DNA of 63,921 nt, counting the filler, from Hyphochytrium catenoides (Eukaryota; Protista; Hyphochytriomycota): assembly GCA_900088475.1 (NCBI GenBank). It is 10 parts of 10 records of this genome, joined end to end, with 100 filler letters (N's around TTAATTAATTAA, not from the genome) between each part and the next. Parts side by side here need not be neighbours in the genome. Positions count along the whole stretch, not along the records: positions 1 to 24,342 come from FLMG01001668.1; 9 more parts are not named here. One strand, given 5' to 3'. How positions within the stretch are numbered: position 1 is the stretch's first letter; every line of letters begins with the position of its first letter. Shown one piece after another: positions 13,160 through 24,442 of the stretch. The translations under genes and the position numbers were made by a program. A model generated the notes under the pieces. The model saw only the letters and a program-made list of their open reading frames with translations, was not told the origin of the DNA and did not search any database.

Positions 13160-14660
13160 GTCACAAGATTGGTATCAAACATGTCATCAAAGTCTCCCCC
13201 TTCCAGATCCTAAGATAGCCCCGCAGCCATCTACTTCAGCGTGTACAAACGGACCTCCTCAAGCATACTAATTCCGGATGAATCCCACTAAGGTTTATTT
13301 TAATCAGAATACTAAAAGTTGTATTCCTTATAAGATATTGAAATGTGTCAAGAAAGGCATACGTCAGCTAACAGCTACTACGAACAGGCTCAGCTGCCAG
13401 GTGTCCGACCTTGATGAAAGAAGGAATGACTCGCAATGAAAAGCTTCAGAATGCCCTTGTGACATCGGCCTTGATAGCTCTGATACGCAGCTGGAGCACA
13501 TGGAAAGTTGAGCAGCTTGTCAGCGTCTTGCAAAGATCTCTGCCATGTTTTGCCCTGCACTAGGCTGTAGTCAAGTACGTCCTGACTTCCGTTGTTGGAT
13601 GGATGCCCATTAATGTCGACTAATGTGTTAGATGCAACCCACGGACGTTCTATTCTTCGGTAGCCATAAGTACAGAGTTATTCCATGATGGGAGGCAAGA
13701 GCTTGGGAGCGCGTCCTCTCCTAAAGTGCAATAGTGGACCATACGATGTCATCCGCGTAAGGATAGCCCAGGCCATGCGGCGGGCCAGTCATCAGATCGA
13801 AAAGTTTTTCACCTATTTTCCGACGTGGTTCATCGAGGAGCCAACTTCAGAGGTCAGGGATTAGCTGCAGGCTTGTTGACTTCACTCTCGAACCTGAATT
13901 CAACATAGGGTGGGTTCCTGCTTCTTTCCTTGCATAGAGCAGTAGGTACAGCCAGTGGCTAGTAAAGCGGGTTGCCTCGCCGCTAGATGGGCATGGCGAC
14001 CACCTTTCGTAATCCCGTACACCCTTCAGAGCACTCCAAATTAGCCATCAGTAGGAAGCAACAGGTGCCAGCGAGTCCATTGAACTTACTTTCCTTGGCA
14101 AAGCCCATCTTTCTTTTTTCTTTACAAGTGCTGCCTGCAGGTTGGTCTCTCTTACACTCTCCTCTGATCTGCCTGTCTTCTTCTTTTCTTTCTGAGTCGC
14201 AGCTTCATTTCTCTGCGTTAGCTTCTGTCCTGGTCGTTCAACCTTCCCACTAACAGAAGCTGTCGAAGACATAACGCCGGTGGGCAGCTGCCTCGAATGG
14301 TCTTACCAGTCTCATCGTAAGTTAGAATCTTCCAAGTGAGGCTAGATAAATGAATATTCGCACGGCTGGCTGCTAGTACGCAAGGATAACACTGCGGATG
14401 CTTATGGTCAATATTATAAAAATAGATCAAGGGACGGATAAGAGCCTAAGCGGACAGTTGTCTATTCTGTTCCTCAAGGGCTCCACATAAAAATAATAGC
14501 TCGTCCTTTAGCACTCCTTTCTTCTTCCGTTTCTGATGTCCGTGTCCCAGAAGTCAGAGGAGGAGAAAGTGCTAGAGGACCCGGGAAAGGCGCTTCTCTC
14601 AGGGTTGATTGGAGCCTTCCTTCCCCTAGAGTTTCTGGGTCTTCCCTCTCTCAAAGCTGC

Positions 14661-15356
14661 CTATCTAAAAGTTCCCCAAAGGAGAAAGAACAGACTTCCT
14701 AAGCCTAGAGCTGCTTGAAGGGCCACGCTACTCACGCAGTCCACGCTTCTGACGCTAGAAGAAACCCTTGTCTTCTTGCCGACATTTGAAAAAAGAGGGT
14801 TTCCATCACCCTGGGCTGCTGGAGCTTCGCTACCCACTTGGACGACCAGCGCATCTGATGCCACGGCCTGTGCAGAGTTTCTTGTTGCTACTGAGGGTAG
14901 CTTGATGCTAAGAGAGCCAATGGAGCCGTTAGTGCTCTCAAGGGACTGTCTCGTGGCCAGCTCCCAACCATTGGCACCGGAAGCGGCAATGTCACACTTC
15001 AGACACCGCTCTCCCCTCATTGGGTTGGCTAGAAGGCATCGGATCTGCTCTGGCGCAAGGGAAAGGGACACCATCGAGTCTCTGAGTGTGCCACAGATGG
15101 GCAGTCCGCCGCATGTGACATAAGGATACGTGTCCTTCTGTATTGTGCCTTCCTGGCCATCACAATGGAAACTAGCATACGACGTGATGCCTGCTATTAC
15201 GACCGCGGCGTGTAGAGGAGGAAGAGCTTTGGCCGAAGCATCCAGAGTAATATAACCTAAGCACTTTGTAGGCATCTGACAGCCCGCATACTGAGCTGCC
15301 GTCCGTTGCATTAGAGAGATGAGAAAGAAGACAAAGAGACTACTAACAAGTGCCAT
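14661..15356 (-). CDS. Intronless Cys-rich secreted protein, probably GPI-anchored, unknown family
   Basis: 231-aa ORF with N-terminal signal-like MALVSSLFVFFLISLMQRTAA, several Cys residues, and a hydrophobic C-terminus preceded by small residues. Confidence 0.72.
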   Translation of the reverse strand: MALVSSLFVFFLISLMQRTAAQYAGCQMPTKCLGYITLDASAKALPPLHAAVVIAGITSYASFHCDGQEGTIQKDTYPYVTCGGLPICGTLRDSMVSLSLAPEQIRCLLANPMRGERCLKCDIAASGANGWELATRQSLESTNGSIGSLSIKLPSVATRNSAQAVASDALVVQVGSEAPAAQGDGNPLFSNVGKKTRVSSSVRSVDCVSSVALQAALGLGSLFFLLWGTFR

Positions 15357-15772
15357 CCTTGCTGCACCGCTAGACTGGAAAGGCCTCGATATTCCGTTCT
15401 CAGCTTCTGCTTTGTTCGCTACAAAGCTTGTCCCTCAGCTACGCCAAGTGATGATTGATATTAACTAGCATCTGTCGCGTGGTAGCGCTTTCCTTGGCAA
15501 TCACTCACTCAGGGATGGCGGCGTAAGGAGACATTGGCGATGAGCCTTCGCGCTGGCGTTTAGGATGTGAGGAGGCGAAAGGAGATGATGAAGGCGACCA
15601 GCATCAACTGTCCTCTCTTCTTCTCGTTGACCTGAGTCTTTCTGTTCCCACAGTAGAGACCATAGTCCAATGTTGGTGATGTCTTTCGTGGGCTGTCTCA
15701 ACATTTTCCCCTCAACCTCTGGCACGCACTCATCTCTCTCTCTCTCTCTCTCTTTCTCTCTTTCTCTCGCTC

Positions 15773-15823
<51 letters not shown>

Positions 15824-15882
15824 CTCTCTTTCTCGCTCTCTCTCTTTCTCGCTCTTCCTCTCTCTCTCTTGTCTCGCTCTTC

Positions 15883-15935
<53 letters not shown>

Positions 15936-16503
15936 TCTTCCTCTCTCTATCTCTCTTTCTCTCTCACAGCTACTCTCTCCTTGACTCTCTCCCTCTCTCT
16001 CTCTTCCTGTGTGGTTCTTCGCTCGCTCTATTTTTCTGAGTCTCTCCTGGTATCTCTGTCTTATGGCCACTTCCTTCCACTTCCTTCCTTTGAAGAGAAA
16101 GGCTGTTGAGCTGCAACGACCCCTGCTTCCTCTCTCTCAGCCATTTAGAAAGGGGTAGTCATAATAATATGCGCGCCAGTAGAATGGCATTAATCATATG
16201 TTTTGCCTGGGGCTCTTGGCGTGGTAAGAACCACATCATCACACTGGCACTTCTGTTGAACAGTCCAAAGGGAAAATTCAGAGGGTGGAAGGGATGAGAG
16301 CCAGGCCGGTAAAGGAATCATAAATACAGCGATGAAGAAATGGGATTCATCTTCTAAATAATAACATAGAGTGCATTAAAAATAAATTGGACTGCCTAAC
16401 ACGTTAGCGGTAGCCGCTGTCGCATCATCCTCTCTCCTTTCTCTTTCCCTTTACACTTTCCCATACAATAATAATGGGCCCTAGGAAGAATTGTAAAGGA
16501 TCA

Positions 16504-16812
16504 GAAGCCCATGGCAGAATGGAAGAAGCCCCAGGCCAACATCATGCAGACATGCAGATCTTCAAAGCCTCTGCAGCTGCCCAAGCTTCTTCTAATCTGA
16601 GACCCGGCCCAATCTTTACTGCTCTCTGTCTGTGGCCATGGTAGTTCTAGGGCTGTGATTGCTAAGTATTATATAAATAAAGGATGAGAAGCCCATAGTA
16701 TATGGAAGAAACATCATGATCTTCAAAGCTCTGCGGCTTCCGAAGCTCTTTCTAATCTGAAGCCCGGTCCAATATTCACTGCTCTCTATCTGCGGGCGTC
16801 GTAGGGCTGTAG
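16504..16812. repeat. Degenerate two-copy direct repeat (about 125-155 bp)
   Basis: AGAAGCCCAT..GATCTTCAAAGC..TTCTAATCTGA..CCCGG.CCAAT..ACTGCTCTCT..TAGGGCTGT occurs from about 16504 and again from about 16688. Confidence 0.8.
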
Positions 16813-17530
16813 TGAGCGGTATCGGGAAGTAGTCTCTCGTCACTCCCAGTCTTTTAAAGGATATCCCACGCCTGGATGATCATGCAAGAGATCATGGGTT
16901 CGAGTCTGACAACATCTTTCGAAGTTACGCACTGCACTTTTTCTAAGCGACATTTCTTCCACCAGTTGACCATCAATGTAGTAAAGAATTATGTTGATTT
17001 CCTCAGCAATAAGACAGAGGAGACACGCCGACTAAAAAAGATACCTCAGCACCAGATACTATATGAGGAAAGAGATGGACAGAGAAAGGGTTCGTAGACT
17101 TGTCTCCTGCTTTTTTGTGAGTCTCCGTTGAGTAATGAATCTCAGGTACTAAGAACAGTCGTCACGCCTGCTGAGGGTTACCAGACCGGCGAAGACAGAC
17201 CTGACAAAATACTTGCGCTTATGCCCACCGACAATTGCCAGAAAATATGCCTACACTTATTAACCTTGAAAGCAGAAAGCTTTTGTCATTGAACATCTCT
17301 ACATGGCTCGCGTTATCGTCTCGCTTTTTATTAGGATAAACAGATTTATTTATAGCTCATAATTGCCAGCAGATGCTCCCACTCACACAAAAAGAGAGAA
17401 TAAGTTGCGTAAGAAAGTAAGGAGATGTCAGCGCCGTGGTCAGGAAGAAGCATGTTGAGCGACCCAATCATTAGCTGTGGAGTGTACAGAGAGAGAGAGT
17501 GAGCATCTCTATAAATGCCCAGGGTGGCAA

Positions 17531-19285
17531 TTAAAGGTTAAGCTTGAAGCCGTCGTCAGCCTTGTGGTAGTCGTTAGGTGGAGATGTGTTTGGAGAGGAG
17601 AAAGGTTGTGCAAGAGCCGCAGCTGCACGGCGTCGTCGTCGTCCACGCACAATAAGAACAACTAGCAGAGCAAATAGAGAGACACCCAGGACACCCACGA
17701 CTGCGATGATGACAATCCCAACAGTGCTTAGACCACCTCCGCCAGAGCCGTCTGCAGAAGCAGCATTCTTCATATAGTTCATCCAGTACTGAGGGGTGTA
17801 TGGCGAATTCTCAGCAAGAGCGAGGGTGCCCTCGCGATCGAGACCATACAGACTTGCCTGTCCTTCCGCTCCACTGTTGGTGGAAGCATCCCGAGGATAA
17901 GAGGCAAAGAACTTTCCGTCCTGTGCCATACCATTTTGACTCTCGGGCACGCACTGCCAGTACCACTCATTCAGCTTGAGGCACTTATAACCAGCCGTGC
18001 AGTCATAGACTTTGGAGTCTTGGCCATTGAGCCCCTTACCTCCACACTGCTCATAAGGAAGCTTTTGGTTGCCTACAGGCTGAGGCTTGGAGGGAACACA
18101 CTGCCAATACCATTCGTGAGATCTTTGACACTCGAATCCAGCCTTGCAGCCATACATTGCCTGGTCTTGGCCATTGGGAAGGCTCTTCCCTCCACATTGC
18201 GCATAGTTCTCGACCACAGTAGTGGCAGGTGGTGGGGGTGGAGGAGGAGCAACATTTTGGCTGGAAGGTATGCACTGCCAGTACCATTCGCTGAGGCTCT
18301 TGCAGGTGTATCCGGGTGTGCAGTCGAATTTCTTCCCGCTCTTGTCACCGCATTGTTCCCATGGGCCCTTAGAGCCAGCAGGAGGAGGAGCAGTGTTCGG
18401 CTTGCATTGCCAGTACCACTCGTCAACCTTGGTGCACTCATAGCCAGGATAGCAAGAGTACTTTGCCGTATCAGAGCCTCCAGGGAGAGACTTTCCTCCA
18501 CACTGCTGATAGTTGCCAATTGGACCAGATGGAGGAGGAGGGTTCTGGGGAGGATTCTGAGGAGGGTGTTGAGGCGGATTCTGAGGAGGGTATTGAGGAG
18601 GGTTCTGAGGAGGATTTTGAGGAGGGTTCTGAGGAGGAGGATTCTGAGGAGGGTACTGAGGAGGATTTTGAGGAGGATTCTGAGGAGGGTACTGAGGAGG
18701 ATTTTGAGGAGGATTCTGAGGAGGAGGATTCTGAGGAGGGTGCTGAGGAGGGTTCTGAGGAGGAGGATTCTGAGGAGGGTACTGAGGAGGATTCTGAGGA
18801 GGAGGATTCTGAGGAGGGTACTGAGGAGGAGGATTCTGAGGAGGGTTTTGAGGAGGGTATTGAGGAGGATTCTGAGGAGGTGGTTTCTGGCCTCCTCCGG
18901 GTGTGCACTGCCAGTACCATTCGTTGATCATGGTGCATGAGTATCCTGAAGTGCACCCAGACTGAGGAGTACCCTTGCCACCACACTGCTCCCAAGGGCC
19001 CTTCTCTCCTGGCCCAGGCGGTTTGTTGGACGGCAAGCATTGCCAATACCATTCGTTGATCTTGCCGCAGTCGTAGCCAGCCGTGCAGGGTAACATGGCG
19101 CTATCTTGACCATTTTGTAGGCTCTTGCCTCCACACTGTCCATAGGCCCCAACAGGCTGTTGTCCGGAATTCTGCATCAGTCCTCCATTAGCAAACGGCA
19201 TTCCGTTAAAGTTAAACCAGCTCCCCTGTGCAGTAGCAGAGCTGCTGACGCCCAAAGTAAGGGCGATGGAGATTAACAGCTTCAT
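17531..19285 (-). CDS. Type I membrane protein with six CBM1 (fungal-type cellulose-binding) modules and a PPQN/PPQY repeat linker
   Basis: 584-aa intronless ORF: signal peptide, six QCG(G/D)..C..G(Y/F).C...EWYWQC modules, Pro/Gln repeat, TM helix VGIVIIAVVGVLGVSLFALLVVLIV followed by RGRRRRR. Confidence 0.93.
   Translation of the reverse strand: MKLLISIALTLGVSSSATAQGSWFNFNGMPFANGGLMQNSGQQPVGAYGQCGGKSLQNGQDSAMLPCTAGYDCGKINEWYWQCLPSNKPPGPGEKGPWEQCGGKGTPQSGCTSGYSCTMINEWYWQCTPGGGQKPPPQNPPQYPPQNPPQNPPPQYPPQNPPPQNPPQYPPQNPPPQNPPQHPPQNPPPQNPPQNPPQYPPQNPPQNPPQYPPQNPPPQNPPQNPPQNPPQYPPQNPPQHPPQNPPQNPPPPSGPIGNYQQCGGKSLPGGSDTAKYSCYPGYECTKVDEWYWQCKPNTAPPPAGSKGPWEQCGDKSGKKFDCTPGYTCKSLSEWYWQCIPSSQNVAPPPPPPPATTVVENYAQCGGKSLPNGQDQAMYGCKAGFECQRSHEWYWQCVPSKPQPVGNQKLPYEQCGGKGLNGQDSKVYDCTAGYKCLKLNEWYWQCVPESQNGMAQDGKFFASYPRDASTNSGAEGQASLYGLDREGTLALAENSPYTPQYWMNYMKNAASADGSGGGGLSTVGIVIIAVVGVLGVSLFALLVVLIVRGRRRRRAAAALAQPFSSPNTSPPNDYHKADDGFKLNL
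18530..18880 (-). repeat. Coding minisatellite (12/15-bp units) encoding PPQN/PPQY/PPQH
   Basis: Tandem GAGGAGG(A/G)TT(C/T)T-type units visible directly. Confidence 0.92.
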
Positions 19286-19933
19286 TGCTGCCTCCTCTTC
19301 GTGAAGCCACCACTATAATGAGCGTTCTATAATAAAGAGACGAAGATTCTTGGCGCTTATGATGTCTGAAGAAAGTCACACTATGAGGCTATCAAGGGCG
19401 ATCTACTTGCACCACGGCCAGCAAAGCTGCGCACACCGCTCCCGAAGTGCTAAGAGACGCTGGGCGGCGGAGGGGACCAAAGCCTGCTCACAGCAAAGAA
19501 AGGGACAAAACATTCCTTCAGGTCAACATCACTGCACTGTGAATATCTAAGAGGAGGAAGCCATAGAGGCGAAGACACGAAGGCTACAAGACAGAACTGT
19601 GGATGCCATACATAACACCTTGACAAGACGAGCAGAGAGAAAATCCCTTAATAAGATTGTGGATTTCTTCTGGATGAGGGTTAGGCCCACTGTTGTGGGT
19701 GAAACCTTTCATATACTTCAGCTCCCAGCACAAAGGGCATCCCTTTTAGGTTAGAGGGTCTATAGTTTCAACAGAATCATTGAAATATTTCCGCTGTAGG
19801 TTAAGAGCGCCTTGTCCTTCCCACTTCAAGAGACAGGAACCGCTTCACATTACTACTGCAACAGCAGGGGTAGGTCCTTAGTAATTCTAGACCTCTATAG
19901 GCTTATTATCCACGATCAAAGGGCAGCGCTCCG

Positions 19934-20139
19934 ATTGGCTTATAAAGCCTTTGATGGTCGTACTTTTCCTCCTTCCCCCTCCAATCAGATCCTCGGTAAA
20001 AGCCTATTGGTTACAACTCCCTGAGCTCAGCCGTCTATTGGCTAGATGTCTCTTGCACCTAGCTAGACCCAGCCAATAGCTTAGCTCCATTAGTTATTAA
20101 TGGCCAATCACAAGAGACTAGTCATAGAGACCGGCCAAT
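19934..20139. promoter_or_regulatory. Cluster of seven CCAAT/ATTGG boxes with a TATAAA
   Basis: ATTGG at 19934, 20006 and 20037; CCAAT at 19981, 20073, 20104 and 20135; TATAAA at 19941. Confidence 0.4.
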
Positions 20140-22220
20140 CTTCTCCATCATGATGCTGATGGTAGGAATGCAAAGTCTTGAGCAGCAGGCTCTACAATTG
20201 AGTTCCGAGTGTCGTTGAACAGTGTTAATACTCTCCGCGCTCAGTCTGTACACGTCGCTCACGGTTTGACTTTTTTCTGCATCTGATGCTCTGCATTGTG
20301 AAGGCTCAAAGTCTTCTTGCAGCTTCCTTGGCGGCAGAGTTCACGGGAAAAAGAATACCTGGCAAGCGATGTTGATAAATTGTTCAACAGAAGAGACTAT
20401 GCATTGCCCTAGCTCACCATGTCATAGCTCATGCAATATAGCCGTCAAGGTGTAGAGCAGCAACCAAAAAGTAACAAGTAACAATAATGGCCGATATATT
20501 ATCGCAATCCGTCAACCATCACGAGTAAGGTGCATCATGAGAACAAATTGACGAGGGAGTGAATCCAGCTAGGTCGAATGAGGCCTACCCCGTTGACGTC
20601 GGGGAACAAGTGGCCCTGCCAGGAAGGACTGAGCTTCCCGTAAAATGGACTAAGCATCCAATGCTTGTGTCGCAGCCAAATTGTCTTTTCAGCTAACCTG
20701 TAAATAGCACTGCATTGCTATTGGCTGTTGGATACATTCATCCATCAAGCAACAGGCGGTAGCACAATGAGCATTTTCTGCTTCGGGGGCATCCTCTCGC
20801 TTACGAAGATTACCGCCAAAGGAAATAGAGTCGGCTGAACAGGAAAATGAGGATAGGTTTAATGCCTTCCACCGTCACGACCATTGTTTTCTTATCTTGC
20901 GTATAGATAATGAAAAGTCGGCACCATGAACGACCGAATATAAGCTAAGATGACACAGTAAGACACCGGCCCAACACGAATGAGAACCGGAGCGCATCAC
21001 TTCCCCCTCCCAAGCGGTCTTATAGAAGAGAACGGTCTGCCCTTGCTTGTACACCTCTCATAACGGAGCAAGCAGGATTGGCACAGAGGGCATACGAGTG
21101 GGCATTGAACCACATACTGTGCGCTGGTGGCGAAGATTATGTCGCAAAAATCGGAGACCCCAACCTGCAGGACGCCTCAGAGATGGCGAGAAGATGGGTT
21201 TCTTCTGCTCTGTCCCGGATATTATCTCGCTTCTGTCTCTTTTAGTATTTCTTCTCTGCCAATATCATTAGCTCTTGCTTATTCAACGTAAGGGCCGACT
21301 ACTGAGCCGTTCAAACGTTGATTTAAGGCCTAGAGTAACCTCGTCTCCACTCTCATGTGGGCAACGCAAATTCAGCCACCAGCTGGGTCACTTCCGCCTA
21401 AGGGTCTCCTTCTAGCATAAGCATAAATGTTTGTATGAAGTGTCTTGTTAACACAGTGCCTGATTGACGACTTACCTTCTTTGGGAGGCTGTAAGGCTTG
21501 AGGTTAGCCTTACCGTTAACTTACCGTCAACTCAGAGTTTATAGGTCACGTCCAGAGATATTCAAGCCAGCCTAACCATAAAGCCAAGATGATGAGACCT
21601 AACGTATAAAGCTCCAGTCATGAGCTCCTTTTAGATAAGCAGGTTGGCTCCTACTTGGCTCCCATCTGCAGCATCCTTCCTAACAACCAGAGGATCGCTG
21701 TCCATCAACGTGATGATTGCTCCTTGTAGATCACTTCCTCTTCACACAGGAAGCGCAGGCTATAGGGACAGCGAAGCATTCGTATCATTGACTCTATTCA
21801 CATAATAAATTCACCTTTGGGTATGTCAAATTGACAGAGTGACATGTCAAGAAAGGCTCCTAGTGCATTCTATAAGGCTGTAAGTCTTCCCTATTGCTGC
21901 ATTTTGACTTGTAGCAAATAACGCTAAGGACTTCACAGCTTTTTTGACGTGAGAGTCCCGTCAGGTCCTGTTCTCTGTGTCTCTTGGCGGACAAAGGAAA
22001 TCTCTGAAAAAGGCAACCGGAACTTCAATGATAAAGCTTCAAAACTCTGTCAGCCAAGATGAGGTGCCAAGCCAAGAGATGAGCCAAGACACAGCGGTCA
22101 GATTGTGGATAGCAAGGCGTCAAGAGGAGGTAGGTGGCGGGCCATCAGTCCACGAGCAAAGGCTAGCAGTTTATCGGATGATGACAAGGGGCGACGCAAG
22201 GATACTCCGATAGCAGCCAG

Positions 22221-24342
22221 ATGAGGCTGTCGCGAGCTGGTCGCTTTAGGTGTTCGTCCTCGTCTACACTCAGCACAGCAGGTGAAGAAAGAACTCCCTC
22301 GCTGATCTTGTCGCCGGATCCCTCTCTGACCATAGCCCTACCCGTTTCTCTCATACATCCCTCCTAGGGCGAGAACAGCTGAACCGAGACGTATGTTCGC
22401 GGTCATTCTTTCGCTCTTCGCAGAGCTTCGGAGTACGTCTTGGCAGGCTCCCCTCCAGCCGACGACCTTTGCAAAAGCGCTTGTTGGATAGGAACGATGG
22501 AGTGCGAAGAGAAGCCAATGCCTGCCAGAGGTGTCCTTCGGACAGTGCAATCCCCCGTAGCTCCTGGCATTTTGCTCTTGTTATCCTGGGGATCTCGCTA
22601 CTCGGCAGCCAGAACACGCAGGTAAAGCAAGAGTCTAGCGTTTTGAGGACCTACAAAGTCAAAGAATGTGCGCTGTCGGAGGGCATAAGGCGGAGGGCCA
22701 TATGACAGAGTCGGATGTGCAAACATATGAGCATACTAAGGGAAGAGAGAGAGATGGCTTAAAGCAGATAATGGGATCGAGAGAGAAGAGACGTGCCTCT
22801 AAGCTTACGTTTGCAGAGTACAGAGGGAGCGCAATGCAACGTTGCTGACAAAAGAGAACTGACATGTCCGCAAGGCTTAAGTATGTTCCTTCCCATCATT
22901 GACTCACCCTTTCTTCACTCTTTACATCTCTGCGGTCTTCAACGGTGCAATTTCTCTCGGTGTCTTTCTCCTCATCTTTCTCTGTCTTCTGCCTCATTTC
23001 CCTTCCTCCCGCTAAACCTACTTTTTTGCGCCACTACCAGGAGAAGAAGGGACGGCCCTAGGTCTAAATTTTGACGTTGATAGCTATCCCGCGAATGAGA
23101 AAATTGAGGATGGATGGGAAGTGCATCCCAAGATGGCGCTAGACAGGAGATGTCAAGGGGCAGCAAGTGGTAAGCGGCTCAAGATGCCAGCCCCATCATC
23201 CTCCTCTCTTCCCTCGTAGATCGATTCGGAGTGTATATTCTTTTTCTCGTCCGCTCTAAGGCTCCTTCTCTTTCTTCACTTTGCTGCTGATATCTTCCGG
23301 CTCTCGGTGGCAACTCGTGCATTAGACGGCGCATTCTTTGCCTGCTATGACGGCCATGGAGGGAGGCTTGCCATGGAGTTCGTGAAGGAAAGACTTTTTC
23401 AAAATTTGCAGGAGTCAGCCGCTACTTCGAAGACAGTAGAGGATGCGATGACAATGGCAAGATGAGAGAGCTGCTGCTCCTCATTTGCGATGCATTGGGC
23501 TTGACCTTCTCTTGCGCCATGTTGTTCTATGAGACCGTCTCGTTGCCAGTGAGAGCACTCTCGTCCAACTCTCTGTCTAGGCATTGCCTTGAGCTTTTCT
23601 TGTTAGTTCTCTCATCTGGTCTCAGTTTATCTCTTTGGCTCTTACACACGCATGGCACAGAGCTTCCTGGAGACGGATGAAGAACTGCTGAAGAGCTTCA
23701 TCACAAAGTTTAGAGAGGGACTGTGGAACGTGGGATCAGGTGAGATTATATTGTGTGCTGCACACTCGCAGACGATAGCTAGCACCAGAATAGAGGAAAG
23801 GAGGCCTGTTGCTTGAAGAACTGGCTACATTCTGTCTTGTTCTTTCTCTCTCTCCTTCATATCGAGTCTGTCTCTGATATCTCCGCTAACCCTCTCCTTC
23901 CCTCATTTATTCCCTTGTGTACCCCTCATTTGCACGGTTCCCTGCCAAACACGTTTAGCCGGGGTGTGCGCGGTAGTCGCCTACTTGACCACTGAGAAGC
24001 TGTATGTTGGGCATTGTGGGGATTGCAGGGCTGTACTGGGTCTAAGAGACCCAGAGAGCGGCCAACTCACACTGCGGGAACTAACAGTGGCTCACAATAC
24101 TTCGTAAGGACCGATCTTCTAGCTGACCGTCTCTCCTCGGTGCTTCCTAGCAGTTGCTGCCCCTCGTTCTAATCTATCTACCGTCTCACTATCTCTCCCT
24201 GTGTTCAGGCTTTTGTTCTGCTCTTCTGCGACAGTTCCCTAACGTTTTCCTTAGCAATGAGAATGAGCGCGAGAGGCTACGCAAAGAGTTTCCTACCGAT
24301 AGGAATATTTTAAGGGAACTGTCACCGAAGGTCCAGCTACTG
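22221..24342 (+). CDS. PP2C/PPM phosphatase, pyruvate dehydrogenase phosphatase-like, probably mitochondrial; 3' end lost at contig edge
   Basis: Presequence-like MRLSRAGRFRCSSSST. Spliced exons give FDVDSYPANEKIED, FFACYDGHGG, SFLETDEEL, GVCAVVAY..LYVGHCGDCRAVLG and LTVAHNTSNENERERL. Confidence 0.85.
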
Positions 24343-24386
24343 NNNNNNNNNNNNNNNNNNNNNNNNNNNNNNNNNNNNNNNNNNNN

Positions 24387-24398
24387 TTAATTAATTAA
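24387..24398. other. Artificial contig linker TTAATTAATTAA between N runs (also at 26251, 40687, 42271, 51356, 53510, 60059, 61504, 62823)
   Basis: Identical 12-mer with stops in all six frames, always between N runs of the same length. Confidence 0.97.
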
Positions 24399-24442
24399 NN
24401 NNNNNNNNNNNNNNNNNNNNNNNNNNNNNNNNNNNNNNNNNN

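Noticed and set aside
13700-13850. Minus-strand YADD as a LINE reverse transcriptase
   Set aside because: The frame is closed by stops on both sides and no other RT motifs were found; at most an unidentified decayed relic.
17936-19052. Arg-rich, Glu-rich and Ser-rich ORFs overlapping the CBM1 gene
   Set aside because: Alternative-frame shadows of the stop-free PPQN repeat.
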